Source of the DNA: Narcine bancroftii
Taxonomy: Eukaryota
Direction: 5' to 3'
Length of the DNA: 64,000 nt
NCBI RefSeq assembly: GCF_036971445.1
Contig: NC_091477.1
Location: 17,856,001-17,920,000 of the forward strand
In this document: one piece after another, positions 36,311 to 49,514 of the stretch
Numbering within the stretch: position 1 is the stretch's first letter
Layout: every line of letters begins with the position of its first letter
Position numbers and translations under genes: made by a program
The notes under the pieces: model-generated
What the model was told of the DNA's origin: nothing
Database searches by the model: none
Seen by the model: the letters and a program-made list of their open reading frames with translations, nothing else

Positions 36311-37436
36311 TTACAGAATTTTCTTGGAAGCAGAGTCAATAACAACCTTCAACTAAGAATTTGTTAAATACTTATGACAGGGAAAATTTCAGTATTTTGA
36401 GCAAAGAGGAAGAGCATGCTAAGGATTAGACATTTTTCTCCAAACCCCCACAGCCACTCAGTTACAGGTCATACTTTTGTCCTCATAACTCTTTTCCATT
36501 ATTCTGTGACCACAAAGGAAATCATCATCCTCCATGATGCAAATTACTCAGAATAGGGACTTTAATGTTGATTGGAAGATAGGATTTGCACCATCAGCTT
36601 AATTTTGTTCAAGTTTTATTTTCACACGACTTTTCTTCTCTTTTCATAAAACTAATCATTTGCAGCAAAGAACTTCCAAGGCAAAAGATATCATAGAATA
36701 AATATTGTCGATTCTATTCTATTGGTATATATTTTTCATTTCAAAATATTTAAATACAGATGTTGAGCTCATTTCAGTATCAACACAGTAAATTCAAAGC
36801 ACAAGATGATTAAAATACATTAGGGATAATCATTGCAAGAATTCTGACATTAAAATAATTGTAACTCATTTGGTAGAAAATTTATGTAAATTCTTTCATA
36901 AATCAGAATGGCTTTGCTTCTTTACTTTTTGACGATTTATCTTATAACCATAAAATCAACAATCAATTAAAAATGCAATGAGCCAGTAAGCTGGTGTATG
37001 ACATTCTCTTCAAGAGTAGAGCAAATAGATCTGTTTAATCATTGAGTGTCCTGTTCATGAAAAGGATGCTGGAACAGCAGAAGGGCTTCGGCAGAACCTG
37101 GTGTCCCTCACCAGCTCTCAGGCCTACTTCTGCATTGTGCTAGCCAGTTACAAGCATGGTTCCAACAGAATTGGAATCTAATGGAAAAATATAATACTGC
37201 AGAAGCTTGAAACCTTAAGTAAATCATTTATAAGACTGGAAATGTTCGGCATTTTCTCTTTCTACTGATCCTGCTATAAATGCAGATGCTACAGGCACGA
37301 GAGGGGAGGAAGTAAGAGGGGAAGGGACTTGCATTTTTGATCAGGGAGAACATCAAAGCGGAACTTGGAGTGGATGTATGTGGGGGTCCAGTGAGGTGAA
37401 CTTGGAGGAACTTGAAAACAAGAAATGATGACCACT

Positions 37437-38700
37437 TCAGATTCAGAATTAGAATTTACTGTCATGAAACTTGTTCTTTTGTGGCAACATCACAGTTCAA
37501 AGTGCAAACATTCATATAAACCACCTTACAACAATAAATAGAAATAGTGCATGAAAAGTCAAAGTAAGGCAGTGTCTTTGATTCATTGATTATTCAGGAA
37601 TCTGAAGGCAGTGTGGAAGAAGCTGTCTTTGTGTTGCTGAGTGCTTGTCTTTAGGCTCCTGTACCTTTTTCCTGATAGTATCAGAGTGAAGAGGGCAAGG
37701 TCTGGGTGGTGTAGGCCCTTAGATCTCTTGTGGATATCCTTGATGGAGTAAAGTTTGATGCCTGTGATGTTGCAGGACAACTTAACAACCCTCTGGAGTT
37801 TTTTTTAATTCTGACCGTTGGCATCTCTGTACCAGACAATGATGCAAGCAACCAAAATGCTCTCCACAGTATACCTGTAAAGTTTAAGAGTCTTCAGTGA
37901 CATGCTAAATCTCCTCCAACACCTCACAAAGTATAGCTGCTGATAAGCCTTCTTCATGATTACATCGACATGGATGGTCTAGGACAGATCCTCAGGGATT
38001 TTGACACCCAGAAATTTGAACTTCTTGACCCTCTCCACTACTGAGCCTTCAATGTGGACTGGATTGTGTTCTCCAGACATCCCCCTGAAGTTCACTATCA
38101 TCTCCTTTGTTTTGCTAATATTGAGCCCAAAGTTGTTGGCGTGACACCACTCAACTCTACGCTTCCTCATTGTCATTTGTGATTATTCTGGCAACAACTG
38201 TGTCATTGGCAAATTTGTAGAGAGCATTGGAATTGTGCCTTGCCACTCAGTCATGGGTGCATAGTGAGTAGAGCAGTGGGTGAAGCATGCATCCTTGAGG
38301 TGTGCCTGTATTGATAATTAGTAAGGAGATGTTATTTCCAATTCATACTGACTGTGGTCTTCCAATGAGGAAGTCAAGTATCCAGTTGCAGAGGCCCAGG
38401 AGTTGAAGCTTGTTGACCAGCACTGAGGGAATAATGCTGTTGAAGACTGAGATGAAGAGCAGCCATTTATATGTGTTTCTGTTTTTGAGGAGATCCAGAA
38501 GTGAGTGGAAAGCCAACGGTTTTGCATCTGCTGTGGACAAATTGTGATGATAGGAGAATTGCTGTGGGTCCAGTCCTTTGCTTAGTTACATGTTAATTCG
38601 GGCATGACCAACCTCTCAGCTGGGTGATAATCTTTGAGGCAGCTCACACTTCTCTTCTTGGGCACTGAGATAATAGATGCCCTTTTGAAGCACTTTGAGT
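37437..38700 (-). mobile_element. Rex-Babar-like LINE, RT to 3' end
   Basis: [58 protein letters not shown]; CAGAATT tail. Confidence 0.88.
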
Positions 38701-38701
38701 G

Positions 38702-39382
38702 GGGAAAACAAAAGTCTGCAGATTGCTGTAATTGCAGTGAATACACAAAAGTGATGGGGAGTGTGGTCTCCTCTACATCAGAGACACTGTATTCAGACTG
38801 GGAGATTGCTTTGTTCAGCACATCAGCTCTGCCACCGCAATGGTGAGGATCTCTTCCTGGCCACCCATTTCAATTCCCATCCAATTCCTATAGACGTCTA
38901 TCCATGGTTTCAGACCGAGACTACCCGCACATTGGAGGAACAACACTTCATATTTTGTCTGGGCACACTCCAACCAGATGGAATTAACATTGACCTCTAA
39001 GGTATCAGTTAGCACCCTCCCCCCCCATCCCTCCCCCTTCCTCTATCCCTACTTCTTCTTTCCTCAAGCTCTGTATCTCCCTCTTTCCCTCTGGCTGTTT
39101 TCCTCCAGCTCTGCATTTATATTGCCACCCTCCTCTGATCAATCTCACCTCTCCAGTCCACCTATCCTTACCTTTTGTTTGTTGGCCTGTTCTCCTCCCC
39201 TGTCCTTTCTTCCCTTCTCTCCCAGCCTTTTTATTCACACCTCATACCTTGAAGGGCTCAAGTCTGAAATATTGGTTATATATCTTTGCCTTCTAAGGAC
39301 ACTATGAGACCTGTTGTGTTCCTCCAGGATTTTTATGTATTAACTACAATGACAGTGTCTGCAGACTTTTATGTTTCACTCC
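38702..39382 (+). mobile_element. Penelope-like element with a short inverted terminal repeat at its 5' side
   Basis: ATHFNS, LEEQHFIFCLGTLQPDGINID. Starts AAAGTCTGCAGA and ends TCTGCAGACTTT. Confidence 0.85.
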
Positions 39383-40126
39383 TTCATTAATGGTGACCAC
39401 TTTTGATGGGATTGTACTGAGCCGTCCAATGGTTAGAGTTGGAAGAGAAAATATATAGGGAGTTTGCAAAAATCCATAGGAATAAAGGAGAACAGTTTGG
39501 GAAGTAGATAGGGGACTCAGTAGAAGGAGTATCTGTGTGATGGGCGGGGTTAGGAAGAATTTGGATAATTGGGGCCGGGGGAAGGGCTGGAAATAGTGGT
39601 GCAAGAGAACCTGGGTGGATCAGATAGGGAGAGAAAGGGACCAAAGGAGAACAGGCTGCCTAAAACTGGATAATTCAATGTCCATGCTTTGAGACTTTGA
39701 ATTGTAGATTATAGAACACTCTAATATAACATGAGCTTCTGTTCTTCTGGCCTGCTTTGCACTGATCTCCAGGTCAAAGACAGCAATCTGATTTCACCCT
39801 CCATGCATTCTCCTCCCAAGTGTTAATCCAATCCACACACATTCCTGACCACATTCAGTTAACGGTCCTTCATCTTCTGTAACAGCTTCTCTGAACTTAC
39901 CTCCCCCACCCACTCACAAACACTACTACTTCTGGATCCTTCTTTTCATTTCTACCCTTGTAAGAAAAAAGTTAGCCGATCTTCCAAACCCAACCTCAGA
40001 AAAGGAATGGGCAGCGCATTTTTAATTGCAAGTAGATTTTGAAGTAGTGGCATGAAACCAGAAGTACAAGAAGATAAATGCTGATATAATCTAAGCACGA
40101 CTCTTTCTTTTCTGCTAAAGAATGTA

Positions 40127-40330
40127 CAGGTGTTCCCCATTTTATGGGATACTCACTTTATGCAAATTTGCTTTTACGAAGAAACCTGTGTTCAGTTTTA
40201 TAAAAGGATTTGGTTGGGTTTTCACTTTTACGAAGAAAGCCTTCAACAGTAATGAATGGGTCTTCACTTTATGCCATTTTGGCTTATGCAAGGTTTCATA
40301 GGAACACTCTAATTTCATAAAGCAGGGTAT
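40127..40330. mobile_element. TcMar-Tigger-like MITE, degenerate
   Basis: TA|CAGGTGTTCCCC start, repeated CTTT(T)A(C/T)G subterminal motifs, CATAAAGCAGGG end. Confidence 0.6.
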
Positions 40331-40699
40331 TTGGATTTGGATTTTTTTCTAATGTCATATAATATTCATTCAGTCTTTGTAAAATATTTGTTTGTGGGCA
40401 GTGATTCAACAAACGTGACCAGACATGTCGCTTGTGAAAACAATTGTTGAAAAAAGAGACAATAGGCTTAACTAAATCTTCTGCGGTTTGCTCCATTACT
40501 TTTCAGTACCTAAACAAAATGTATTCAAAAGTTCCAATCAGAAGATCAGAAATGTTATGGACAGAATGCATGGGAAGATGTGTTTTATTGGATCTTATAA
40601 TAATTTTATCTTTGTTATTTATATTCATAAACTATTGATGAATTAATGACAAAATACCTCTGTAAATCACAATTGTAGATAATTCTGATGATCATTCAA

Positions 40700-43040
40700 T
40701 GCTTTGTTAAAATTTATGACAAACCCACTGACTCTCTCAGTAACCTTGACTACCCCACCTCCCACCCAGTTTCCTGTAAGGATGCTACTTCTTTTACCCA
40801 ATTTATCTGCCTTTGCTGCATGAGCTGCATGCAGTTGCGGCCTACATTCCAGCATATCTGAAATGTCCTTTTTCAAGTAATGAGGCCTCCCCTCTACTGT
40901 AGTCAATAGAGTCATCTCCTGTATTTCCTCCATTTCTCAGAGTTCCTCACCCTCTCCACTCATCGAGGGGTCTCTCTAAACAGATCAGGGATGGGGTTCC
41001 TATTCACTTCACCTTTTGCCCCACCAGCATTCAGAACATTATTTCCTTTTATTTTCACCAGCTGCAACTAGTTCCCACCTCCAGACACATCTACTCCTCC
41101 CCACTGCTTTCCAACTTCCACAGAGTTCACTCACTCTGTGATTTGTCTGCTCATCCTTCCTCCCTCCCTTATCCCTGGTACTTTCCCCTGCAACCACAGG
41201 AAATGTAACATTTGCTTTCACACCGCCTCTCTCACCACCATTCAGGGACCTAAACAGCCCTTCCAGGTGAGGTAAGGAATCATGTATATTTTCTTTAACC
41301 TCATCTACTCAAAATCAGAATCAGCTTTATTGTTACAAACGTGAATCACAAAATCTGTTGTTTTGTGGCAGCAGTATTGTGCATTACAGGTGCAAAATTG
41401 CTATAAATTACAATTTTGTAAATGCAAGTAAAAATAAGTGCAAAAAAAAGAAAAAAATATGGTAGTGTCCATAGGTTCATTGTCTTTTCAGTAATCTGAT
41501 GGGTAAGGGGAAAAGCTGTTATTGTATGCGTCTTCAGGATCCTGTACCTACTTCCTGACAGTAGCAATGAGAAAAGGGCATGGCCTGGGGGGGGGGGGGG
41601 GGGGGGGGAGGTGTGATGGTCCTTGATGATAGAGGCTGTTTTCTTAAGGCACTGCCTCTTGTAGGTGACCTTAATGGAGTGAAGACTAATGCTCATGATG
41701 GTGCTGGGTGAGTTTATAACCTTTTCCTGTCCTGTGCATTGGCACTTCCATATCAGACAGTGATGCAGTCAGAATGTGCTCCATTGTACACCTGTAGAAA
41801 TTTGCAAATCTTTGATGACTTTGATACCAAAGCTCATCAAACTCCTAACAAAATATAGCCGCCTTCATGAGTTCATCAACATGATGGCCCCAAGATAAGT
41901 CTTCAGAGATGCTGATACACATGAATTTGAAGTTCTTTACCATCTCCATTGCTGACCCCTTGATGAGGATTGATTAGTGTTCACCTCATTTGCCCTTCCT
42001 GATGTTCACAATCAATTCCTTAGCTTTGCTAACATTGAGTACAAGATTGTTCTTGTGACACCACTCAACCAGCTGATCTATTTCACTCCTGTATGCTTCT
42101 TCATTGCCTTCTGTGATTCTGCAGACAACCATGGTGTTATCACCAAATTTGTAGATGTCTTGTATCATTGAGAAGATTTGTAGTGGGCACATACTGCATT
42201 TGGCGCTCCTGATGTAGCCTCCTCTACAGCAGGGAGCCCAAGTGCAGACTTAAGAACTATTTTGCAGAACATTTGCAATCTGTCCACAATGGCAGTTGCA
42301 CACCATTCTAAAACCCCTTTCCTACACCGACCTCTCTATGTCCTGTATCTTCTCCACTGCTACTTTGAGGTCTAACATAAACTAGAGGAATTACATCTCA
42401 TATTCTACCTGGGCAGTCTACAGTGTAATGGCGTAAACATAGATTTTTCTAATTTCAGATAATGAGTCCTCCCTCTTCTTCTGAATCCCTTCTTTTTTCA
42501 TCCCCCACTTTTTGTCCCCTTTCCCACTTACCCCAATTCAGCTCCCCACCCATTCTCAACCCTCACCTCTTTTTGGTTCCATTCCCTTCCCTCCCCCCCC
42601 CCCCCCCACCACTGGATTCTTCCACTCTCTTCTACCCCTCCTCCCTTCAATTCTATGTAGTCTCTTTATACCACAATTCTCACCTTATCAGATTCCAGCC
42701 CTGCAACCTTTCCTCTAGTTACTCACCTCATCCTTATGGCTCATATTCCTCCACCTGACCTGTTGGTTTCCCTCGTTTCTCTCTCCCTTTGTCTGGCATC
42801 TGTCAATCCTCTACCTCTGTCCATCATGTACTACCTACTTACTTCACCAATCCCACACAGGGCCCCATCCCACCCTGCCCTCTTTATGTTACTTTCTCTA
42901 CATTTAACCAGACATGATGAAAAGTTTCACCTCGAAACAGCAACCATTTTCTTTCTCCCAGTGATGCTGCTTGACCTGTTGAGTTCCTCCAGAAGATGGT
43001 GTTTAGCTTCCAGAATCCAGTATCTGGTGCTTCTAAAGTG
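40700..43040 (+). mobile_element. Penelope-like element (RT C-terminus, GIY-YIG domain, terminal repeat) split by a Rex-like insertion
   Basis: PGTFPCNHRKCNIC at about 41175. NLIY|CIW..C.LLY..GE..CRL..YFAEHL is joined across 41310/42190. KLEELHLIFYLGSLQ follows. Confidence 0.8.
41312..42188 (-). mobile_element. Rex-Babar-like LINE 3' part nested in the Penelope element
   Basis: IYKFGDNTMVV..EEAYRSEIDQLVEWC, CLKKTASIIKD, FSLLLSGSRYR; (AATCAG)n tail. Confidence 0.88.
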
Positions 43041-43149
43041 ACTCCAGTTTACACTTTCTCTCGCCCTGGTTCCAAGAAGAACTCCATCACATTCTCTTAA
43101 TTTCTCCATCTCTGTTCTCCTTGTTCTGATGATTAGACTTTCTGCACTA

Positions 43150-43505
43150 GTGAAACAAGAAAGTCTACAAATGCTGTGACTTCAGTAAACACATAAAAGT
43201 GCTGGAGAAACTCACCAGGTCCCACAGCGTTCAACCAGAGATGGCGTCAGAACAAATTTAATCAGGGGGCATTAGGGTAACTGTGGGTGAGAGGGCACAA
43301 ACTGCCGTTCATGTGGCAGTTTTGTGGGCCGTTTGTGCCATTCATTTTCAGGTGAGGGGAATGGCCCCCCCCGACCCAAACCATAATGCTGACCCTAGTC
43401 CATACCTTGATAAAAGGGCTCAGGCCCAAAACTTTGGTTATATATCTTTGCCTCCTTTGGATACTGCAGGGCCTGCAGAGTGTTGTGATATTCTCCCAGC
43501 TCCTC
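43150..43505. mobile_element. Fold-back Penelope termini with a hAT MITE (43236-43397) in the centre
   Basis: Inverted terminal-repeat pieces flank CAGAGATGGCGTCAGAA...TGCTGACCCT, the same family as 8701-9083. Confidence 0.65.
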
Positions 43506-43534
43506 TAACATCTCTTCCTCTTCTTTGAATCACA

Positions 43535-43860
43535 AGGGCACAGTGATTATATTACTGGAATGGAGTCTCATGATCAGGACAAAAAATTTCAATCCCCACG
43601 GTGATAACCTGGGAATTTGAATTGAAGTAAAAATTACTCTGAAATGTTGTAACTGTTGAAAATAAAAACACAAGTGTCACTAATGTGGAAGGAAGGCTCC
43701 AGGCATTTCCTTCTCTGTTCTATATGACTTCAGACCCACAAAATATAACTGACTCTCAAATACTCATGGGAATGTTCCCTCACATCACTTATTAAAGGGC
43801 AGCCTGTGTTGGGCAATAAATTGTGACCTTTCTCGTGGTGCTCCCATCTAGTCAAAAAGC
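43535..43860 (+). mobile_element. Ancient L2-type SINE, degenerate
   Basis: TCACTAATGT..GAAGGAAG, TGACTTCAGACCCACA and GGGCAATAAAT motifs. Related pieces at about 10675-10780 and 30120-30350. Confidence 0.45.
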
Positions 43861-44680
43861 AGCAAAAATATTTCCCATGTGATCCAATAGCGTGATACAA
43901 CCCAATAAGTCTTTACCTTTGGAACCACTGCTTTGAATAAACTGTTTTGCATCTGTGTTTAGAACTGTCTTCTTCATACCTTCCTTAAAATCTACTACAT
44001 TGACCAAGCTTTAAAATCATTCCTCATAGTGTCTCTATCAATGAGTCATTCTTTGATTAATCATGTTTTTGTAAATAGCCTTGGGACATATTTCAACTTT
44101 TAAGGCATTACAGGAATGCATGAGGTGTTTGGTGTACGAAAGGACTCTATATTGGAGGAGCCTTGATATATATTACTTTATTTTACATGGTGAGTAGCAG
44201 TTCTTTTGATTTTCCTGTCCTTTATTTCATTTTATCCCAATGTCCACCTTTATTTAATAAATTGATACACAATCTGTATTTATATCTGGGTAATCTCGAA
44301 TCTAATGATCTAGATTCTAGATCATTAACTGAGACTGTATGAGATGTTATTGAAATAAAGGCTTCAAATAACTGATTATCAGAAGAAAAGACATGGTCTA
44401 CTGTAACTTATTTAAATGTTGCTATTCTACTACATGAAAAACTGCATATCTTCAACCAAGACTCTTTATTTCAAGTTACTAATCAAGTTAGTCCAAAACA
44501 TTGACGAGATGATCAAATAATGAAATGAACCAATGTTACAGTGTTACTTCAGATTCAGTTAAATGTAATAGGGAGATCCATTTCATATCAAAGTGAGTCA
44601 GTTCTTCCTCTGCTTATGGATCGTCATTTGACAAATTCTGGCTTTATAAATGTCTCGTGTCTTCATAACTTTTCCATCTA

Positions 44681-44891
44681 CAGTAAAACACCTGGTATCT
44701 GGCACCAACGGGGATTGGTAGATGCCATATAAGTGTCGGCTGCTTGAGATTGCGTGTTGCATGGATTGGCGAACTGACCACTATTTTAACCTTTTCATAT
44801 TTTTTGACTATTTATTTTCCATAATTTTTTTTTTTTGCTTGATGCAAGAGGCTGCCGGTTGCTTGAATTCTGGATAACGGGGATTTCAGTG
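44681..44891. mobile_element. TcMar-Tigger-like MITE
   Basis: TA|CAGTAAAACACCTGGTATCTGG ... CTGGATAACGGGGATTTCAGTG imperfect TIRs. Confidence 0.7.
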
Positions 44892-46089
44892 TGTTTAAAC
44901 AACAAAGAAAATCAGCTTTTCTTTGGGCCTGTTTGTTCTCTCCTTGCACAAGAGCTAGAAGCAACTGGAACCAGATGGCATTCTATTTTTGATCTTTGAC
45001 CAAATGTGTCTCAACCACAAATCTGTAATTTACAAATCAGTGAGAATGATTGTTTGTGCTGGGAAGGAGATTTATCTTGCTGAAGTTTGAGTGTTTGACC
45101 TTAGTCTTTACTGAAAATATATGGCAGAATATATAGCAACAGAGTTGAGAACTATGCCAGAGAAATGTGTTAAAACAGTTCTGCTGAGGATGTGTCTCTG
45201 TTAATGTGACAGAGCTAAGAAGGTTAGCTGTTTGCGAAAAACAAAGCTGAAAAACAAATTCTGCTAACATGAAGAAGTCACATCATGAAATGGATATTTA
45301 TTGATGGCTAGATCTGAACAAATTCAATATTATAATTTCTTGTGAAACATTAATCCTGTTCCTGCCTTTACAGAAACTACCTTACAGGTTCAATGTTTCT
45401 CACGTTCTGTTTTATTTCACATTTCCAATATGTTTCCTTTTTTTGTACACAAACTTTGTCAACTTCCTGTTGACAAATCAAATTATTTTTCTTGTTTGCA
45501 TCTGTGCTGTATCTACACTATTGCAATTCGTGAAATGTTAAACAATTGATAATTCCATCACTATTAACTTTAAATTAATGAATACTAGATAGAAAAGTAG
45601 TGATTTTCAATCAATAAATTCCTCCAGATTTTTTGGTCAATGCTGCCTGCCTTTGTGACAATGGCTAGCAAAGATTTTTTGAGAGCTTTTGAGTGTTTTT
45701 CACTTTAACTTAGCCTCTTGTGGTAATTGAGAAAAGGACAAAATTTTCAATCAGAATGAAGAATCCTCCCTGAGCCATAAAACAGGAAATATAAAGTGGG
45801 AAGTAAAAAGTTACATTCAAATCTGATATGAAAAGAAAGATCAGGAGTAATAATTAAAATTACAGAGATATTGGAGGAATTCAGGTGATCTTGCGATGTC
45901 CAGAGGAGGTAAAGATACATTACAGACATGGGTCGCCTCCTGCTGCCCCTGTTGGTGAACACGTATACAATCACACATGCACCTAACAGGATGCCAACAC
46001 ACACTTATTAATATGATCTCCCACATTGTTAGCATGAGCTTCCACTCCCACATGGTTAAGACTCCATGTGTGTCCAGCCAAAACTCTTT

Positions 46090-46109
46090 GAATCCTGCTC
46101 ACAGCATCA
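46090..46109 (-). promoter_or_regulatory. Primer-binding site complementary to the tRNA-Ser(CGA) 3' end
   Basis: Plus strand GAATCCTGCTCACAGCATCA versus vertebrate tRNA-Ser(CGA) GAATCCTGCTCACAGCGCCA (18/20), 2 nt from the LTR end. Confidence 0.8.
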
Positions 46110-46111
46110 AT

Positions 46112-46757
46112 TGTCATGTTGGGAAGAGTATCAAGTTCCATGGCCTCATAGAGAGATGAGTCTGGACACAAGTGTTACCATCACATGTAACTTTTATTAA
46201 CCATGGAAAACAAATGGGAGAACGTTAAACAGTACTCGATCACTATTTCCCTTAAGCGATGATCTAGGCATTTACCTCGGACTTCGGTTGGACTCTAACA
46301 ATGGTAGGCCTAGACTCAACCTGCTCAAACACTACAAACAGGAACTCTTACACATACCTGGTTCCCTGACCAACAGGGGTGCGGCACTCTACAAGTATTG
46401 ATCTATCACAATACTATGGCTCAGCTTCAGTGTAGTGCACACTTTATCAGCGACACTTCCAGTGATGTCCACAGTAGCGACCTGACATGGAGCGATGTCC
46501 TGGGCTTGGTTCATGAGGCAGAGAGAAAGAAGGTACTATGCATCGATGTTTGAAACAGTTCTAATCTAGGTATATAGACAATAATAACCCTAGGTGATTT
46601 AAATTAGCCAATGGCAAGGTGTGCACTAATGTGATGGTCGAAGTCAAACCTTGATTGACAGGTGATGTGACTTCCAAATAAGTTTCAGATGGGGAGGACA
46701 CATGACCACCCACAATACATAATTCTAGATAGGCAGGGAGGCCACATTTCCTTCACA
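46112..46757 (-). mobile_element. 5' LTR of an LTR retroelement (Gypsy or ERV), with internal leader to about 45922
   Basis: TG...CA ends, CCAAT at about 46608, TATA-like at about 46572, minus-strand AATAAA at about 46193-46198, and the adjacent PBS. Confidence 0.8.
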
Positions 46758-47694
46758 CAGAACACACTTGCTGATGTAGCCAGTCACTGATCTCATGTAC
46801 TCCACTATGTTTACATGATCAGCTCGTGTATTCTACTATGCTTTCATGACCTCATAGTTCCCTACAATTCTCTGGACAGTTTTCTATCTGACCACACTGC
46901 CATACAAGGCCTTCTGCATCATTGCTTCCTCCCCCCTTTGTTCCCCACAATCTATTGCTCAACTCAATTCTACATAATCATCATTAAATGCAATTGGGAG
47001 AGATCATCTGGGGAAAAGGTTTCCTCATGTTATTCTTCATGTAAGGATTATTCTAATCTACCACAATGCCTTGGACCTAAGACACAATAGTGCATGTCTG
47101 TCATGAGGCCTCACATTTTTGACACATTTCCTCTGACAATTCCTGGGCCATTCATTTCAACAGCTAGGGATAATTAGTTTTATGGTCTCATTCTATCATT
47201 CCATGCAGTTAGAGTTTGCAGCATTGAATCATTGGTATGAACCTCGTTGTGGTAATTCATGGCAGAACTAACTTTGCTGCACCTTTGATGTGATCATCTG
47301 CCATGCCCAATAAAGTTAAACTTTTTTTTCCTATTTCTGCCACAAGTACTTTGTCATGCTTACAAGTCAGGTATCATACAAATTAAATCTGCAATTTGCT
47401 CTTTACTCTGTATCAACAATGTATCTTGACCTCACAATCAGCAGAGTGCCTTATATTATACCTGAGTGGCATTTTTATTTCCCACATGAGTCACCTTTGT
47501 GATTTGCTGACTTAAATTGCAAATCCGTGCTGAATCCTGAGCAGCTCTGGGCCATGAATCTGCAGCCACAAGGAATTAGGATGTAGCAGCTTTGGAATTA
47601 CTTCAATAAGAATGATCATTTTGAATCCAGCAGCTTTTGATCTGGATTCAAATAAAGGAATGAAATTATTTAAAAAAGAAATTTGAACTACAGC

Positions 47695-47888
47695 CATTTA
47701 AACCCATGACACCTAATCACACTCAAGTAACCTACAGCCCAGTATGTTTTGGAAGGTGGGAGGAAACTGGAACACCCAGTGAAAACCTACACCGACAGGG
47801 GCAGAATGTACAAACTCCTCACAGATAGCTTTGGATACAAACCCAGGTTACTGGCATTGACACTAACTGCAATGCTAAGTGTGCCGCC
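47695..47888 (-). mobile_element. HE1-like V-SINE
   Basis: GGAGGAAACTGGAACACCC..GAATGTACAAACTCCTCACAGA is the reverse complement of the V-domain. Confidence 0.8.
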
Positions 47889-48020
47889 AACAATTATACC
47901 ACAAGTTGGTCTCAACTTCCATGCCAGTATTTTCTCCCTGCAATGACTAAACATATGGAAATCAGGCCAGTAAGTAGTTGAATATCCACCTGCTGAATGT
48001 ACTTATCACAATCTCACTCG

Positions 48021-48243
48021 CTAGTGAGTCTCCCTCAATCTCCCTCAATCTCCCTCAATCTAGTGAAGCACCAATCTCCCTCAACTCCCTCAATCTAGTG
48101 AAGCACCAATCTCCCTTAATCTAGTGAAGCACCAATCTCCCTTAATCTAGTGAAGCACCAATCTCCCTCAATCTCCCTCAATCTAGTGAAGCATCAATCT
48201 CCCTCAATCTCCCTCAATCTAGTGAACCACTAATCTCCCTCAA
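48021..48243. repeat. Two-motif VNTR of AATCTCCCTC (10 bp) and AATCTAGTGAAGCACC (16 bp)
   Basis: Direct reading. Confidence 0.95.
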
Positions 48244-48759
48244 GAAAGTAAACACAAGTCTCCCTAATACGAACAAAATTTGACCATTATTTAAATTAGA
48301 AACTAATGTAAGCAAGCCCTGGTAGGTTTCCAATAAACTCAATATGCAAGGAAGAAGTTAGAGGAGAATAGATTTTTAAAAATTCTTTTTTTGAACTTTG
48401 TCTTCCAGACCCTGGTTTGAAACCTTGGGGTCCTGCAGCATTTGTTGTGAAGATTTAGAGATTTAGCTCCTGGCTGCATTTGGATTTTCTTGCCATCCCT
48501 GGCCCCTCCAAACCATCCTCCTTAGAATCCCTGGGCCCTCTTAACCATCCTTCCTCTGACCTACTGGAGCAGCAGCATCATGCCACTGGTTTGCGACTGA
48601 GTTATAAGCAGGACAAATTCAACGTAATGAGGAAATCAGCCACAGCTACTTTCGGTCTGTTTTCAAAATTGCAGCTAGATTAATTACTTGGAATTCATAA
48701 AGGGTGATTTAAGAGTTCCATTTCCTGTCTCTTCATAAATACAAGTTTCCAATTCTTCA

Positions 48760-49012
48760 TAATTTAAATTAAAAATGTAAAATTTTAACATAGAGCCTTT
48801 CCAACCCGTAACCCCATGCCGCCCAAATACACCAATTAACCTACAAACCTCTGTATGCTTTTGGAGGGTGGAGGAAAACCAGAGCACCCAGAGGTAACTC
48901 ATGTAGACATGAGGTGAATGCATAAATTATTTACAGACAGCGCCAGATTCAAACCCAGGTTGCTGGTTCTTTAATTGTCTTGCACCAACTGCTACGCTAA
49001 CTATTCCACCCT
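48760..49012 (-). mobile_element. HE1-like V-SINE
   Basis: Reverse-complement match to 7829-8090. Confidence 0.85.
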
Positions 49013-49514
49013 ATCAGATTAATTTATATACTTTGCAGGGATATAATCTTATAAAATATTTCTTCATCTATTCATTGTTTAACTACATATTTTATACTAA
49101 ATCAATGAGCTGATTTCCAATAATAGCAAGTAATATTATTGTGTTCCACAATTATGATCATTAAGTTATACCACTTTTGCAGCCGTTCTCAAAACACTGA
49201 CTGCAATGAACTAGAAAGTACACTTTCAAAATGCTTAATTGTCTTCATGCACGAGAATTTGACTCGGGTCACAAACTAGATGCATAATAATTTATCAGGG
49301 CCACCTTCTATTCTGACAATATCCCCTCTGATAAAGTTTAGTGGGGTTGGCAGGAGATAATATAAAGCAGGCAATGTAAAATATGAACAAAGCTCATGTG
49401 CCACAGAGGAATAAATTGAAGGCAAAATCTTTTCTACAGTGGGCTGTTTGGGAGAAGGCTGATGAAATGCGATTCCTTAGGCACAATCTCACCTCCCTTT
49501 CCAGTCTTCTAAAA

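Noticed and set aside
46087-46110. tRNA-Ser pseudogene
   Set aside because: Only the 3' 20-23 nt match, and they abut an LTR, so it is better explained as a PBS.
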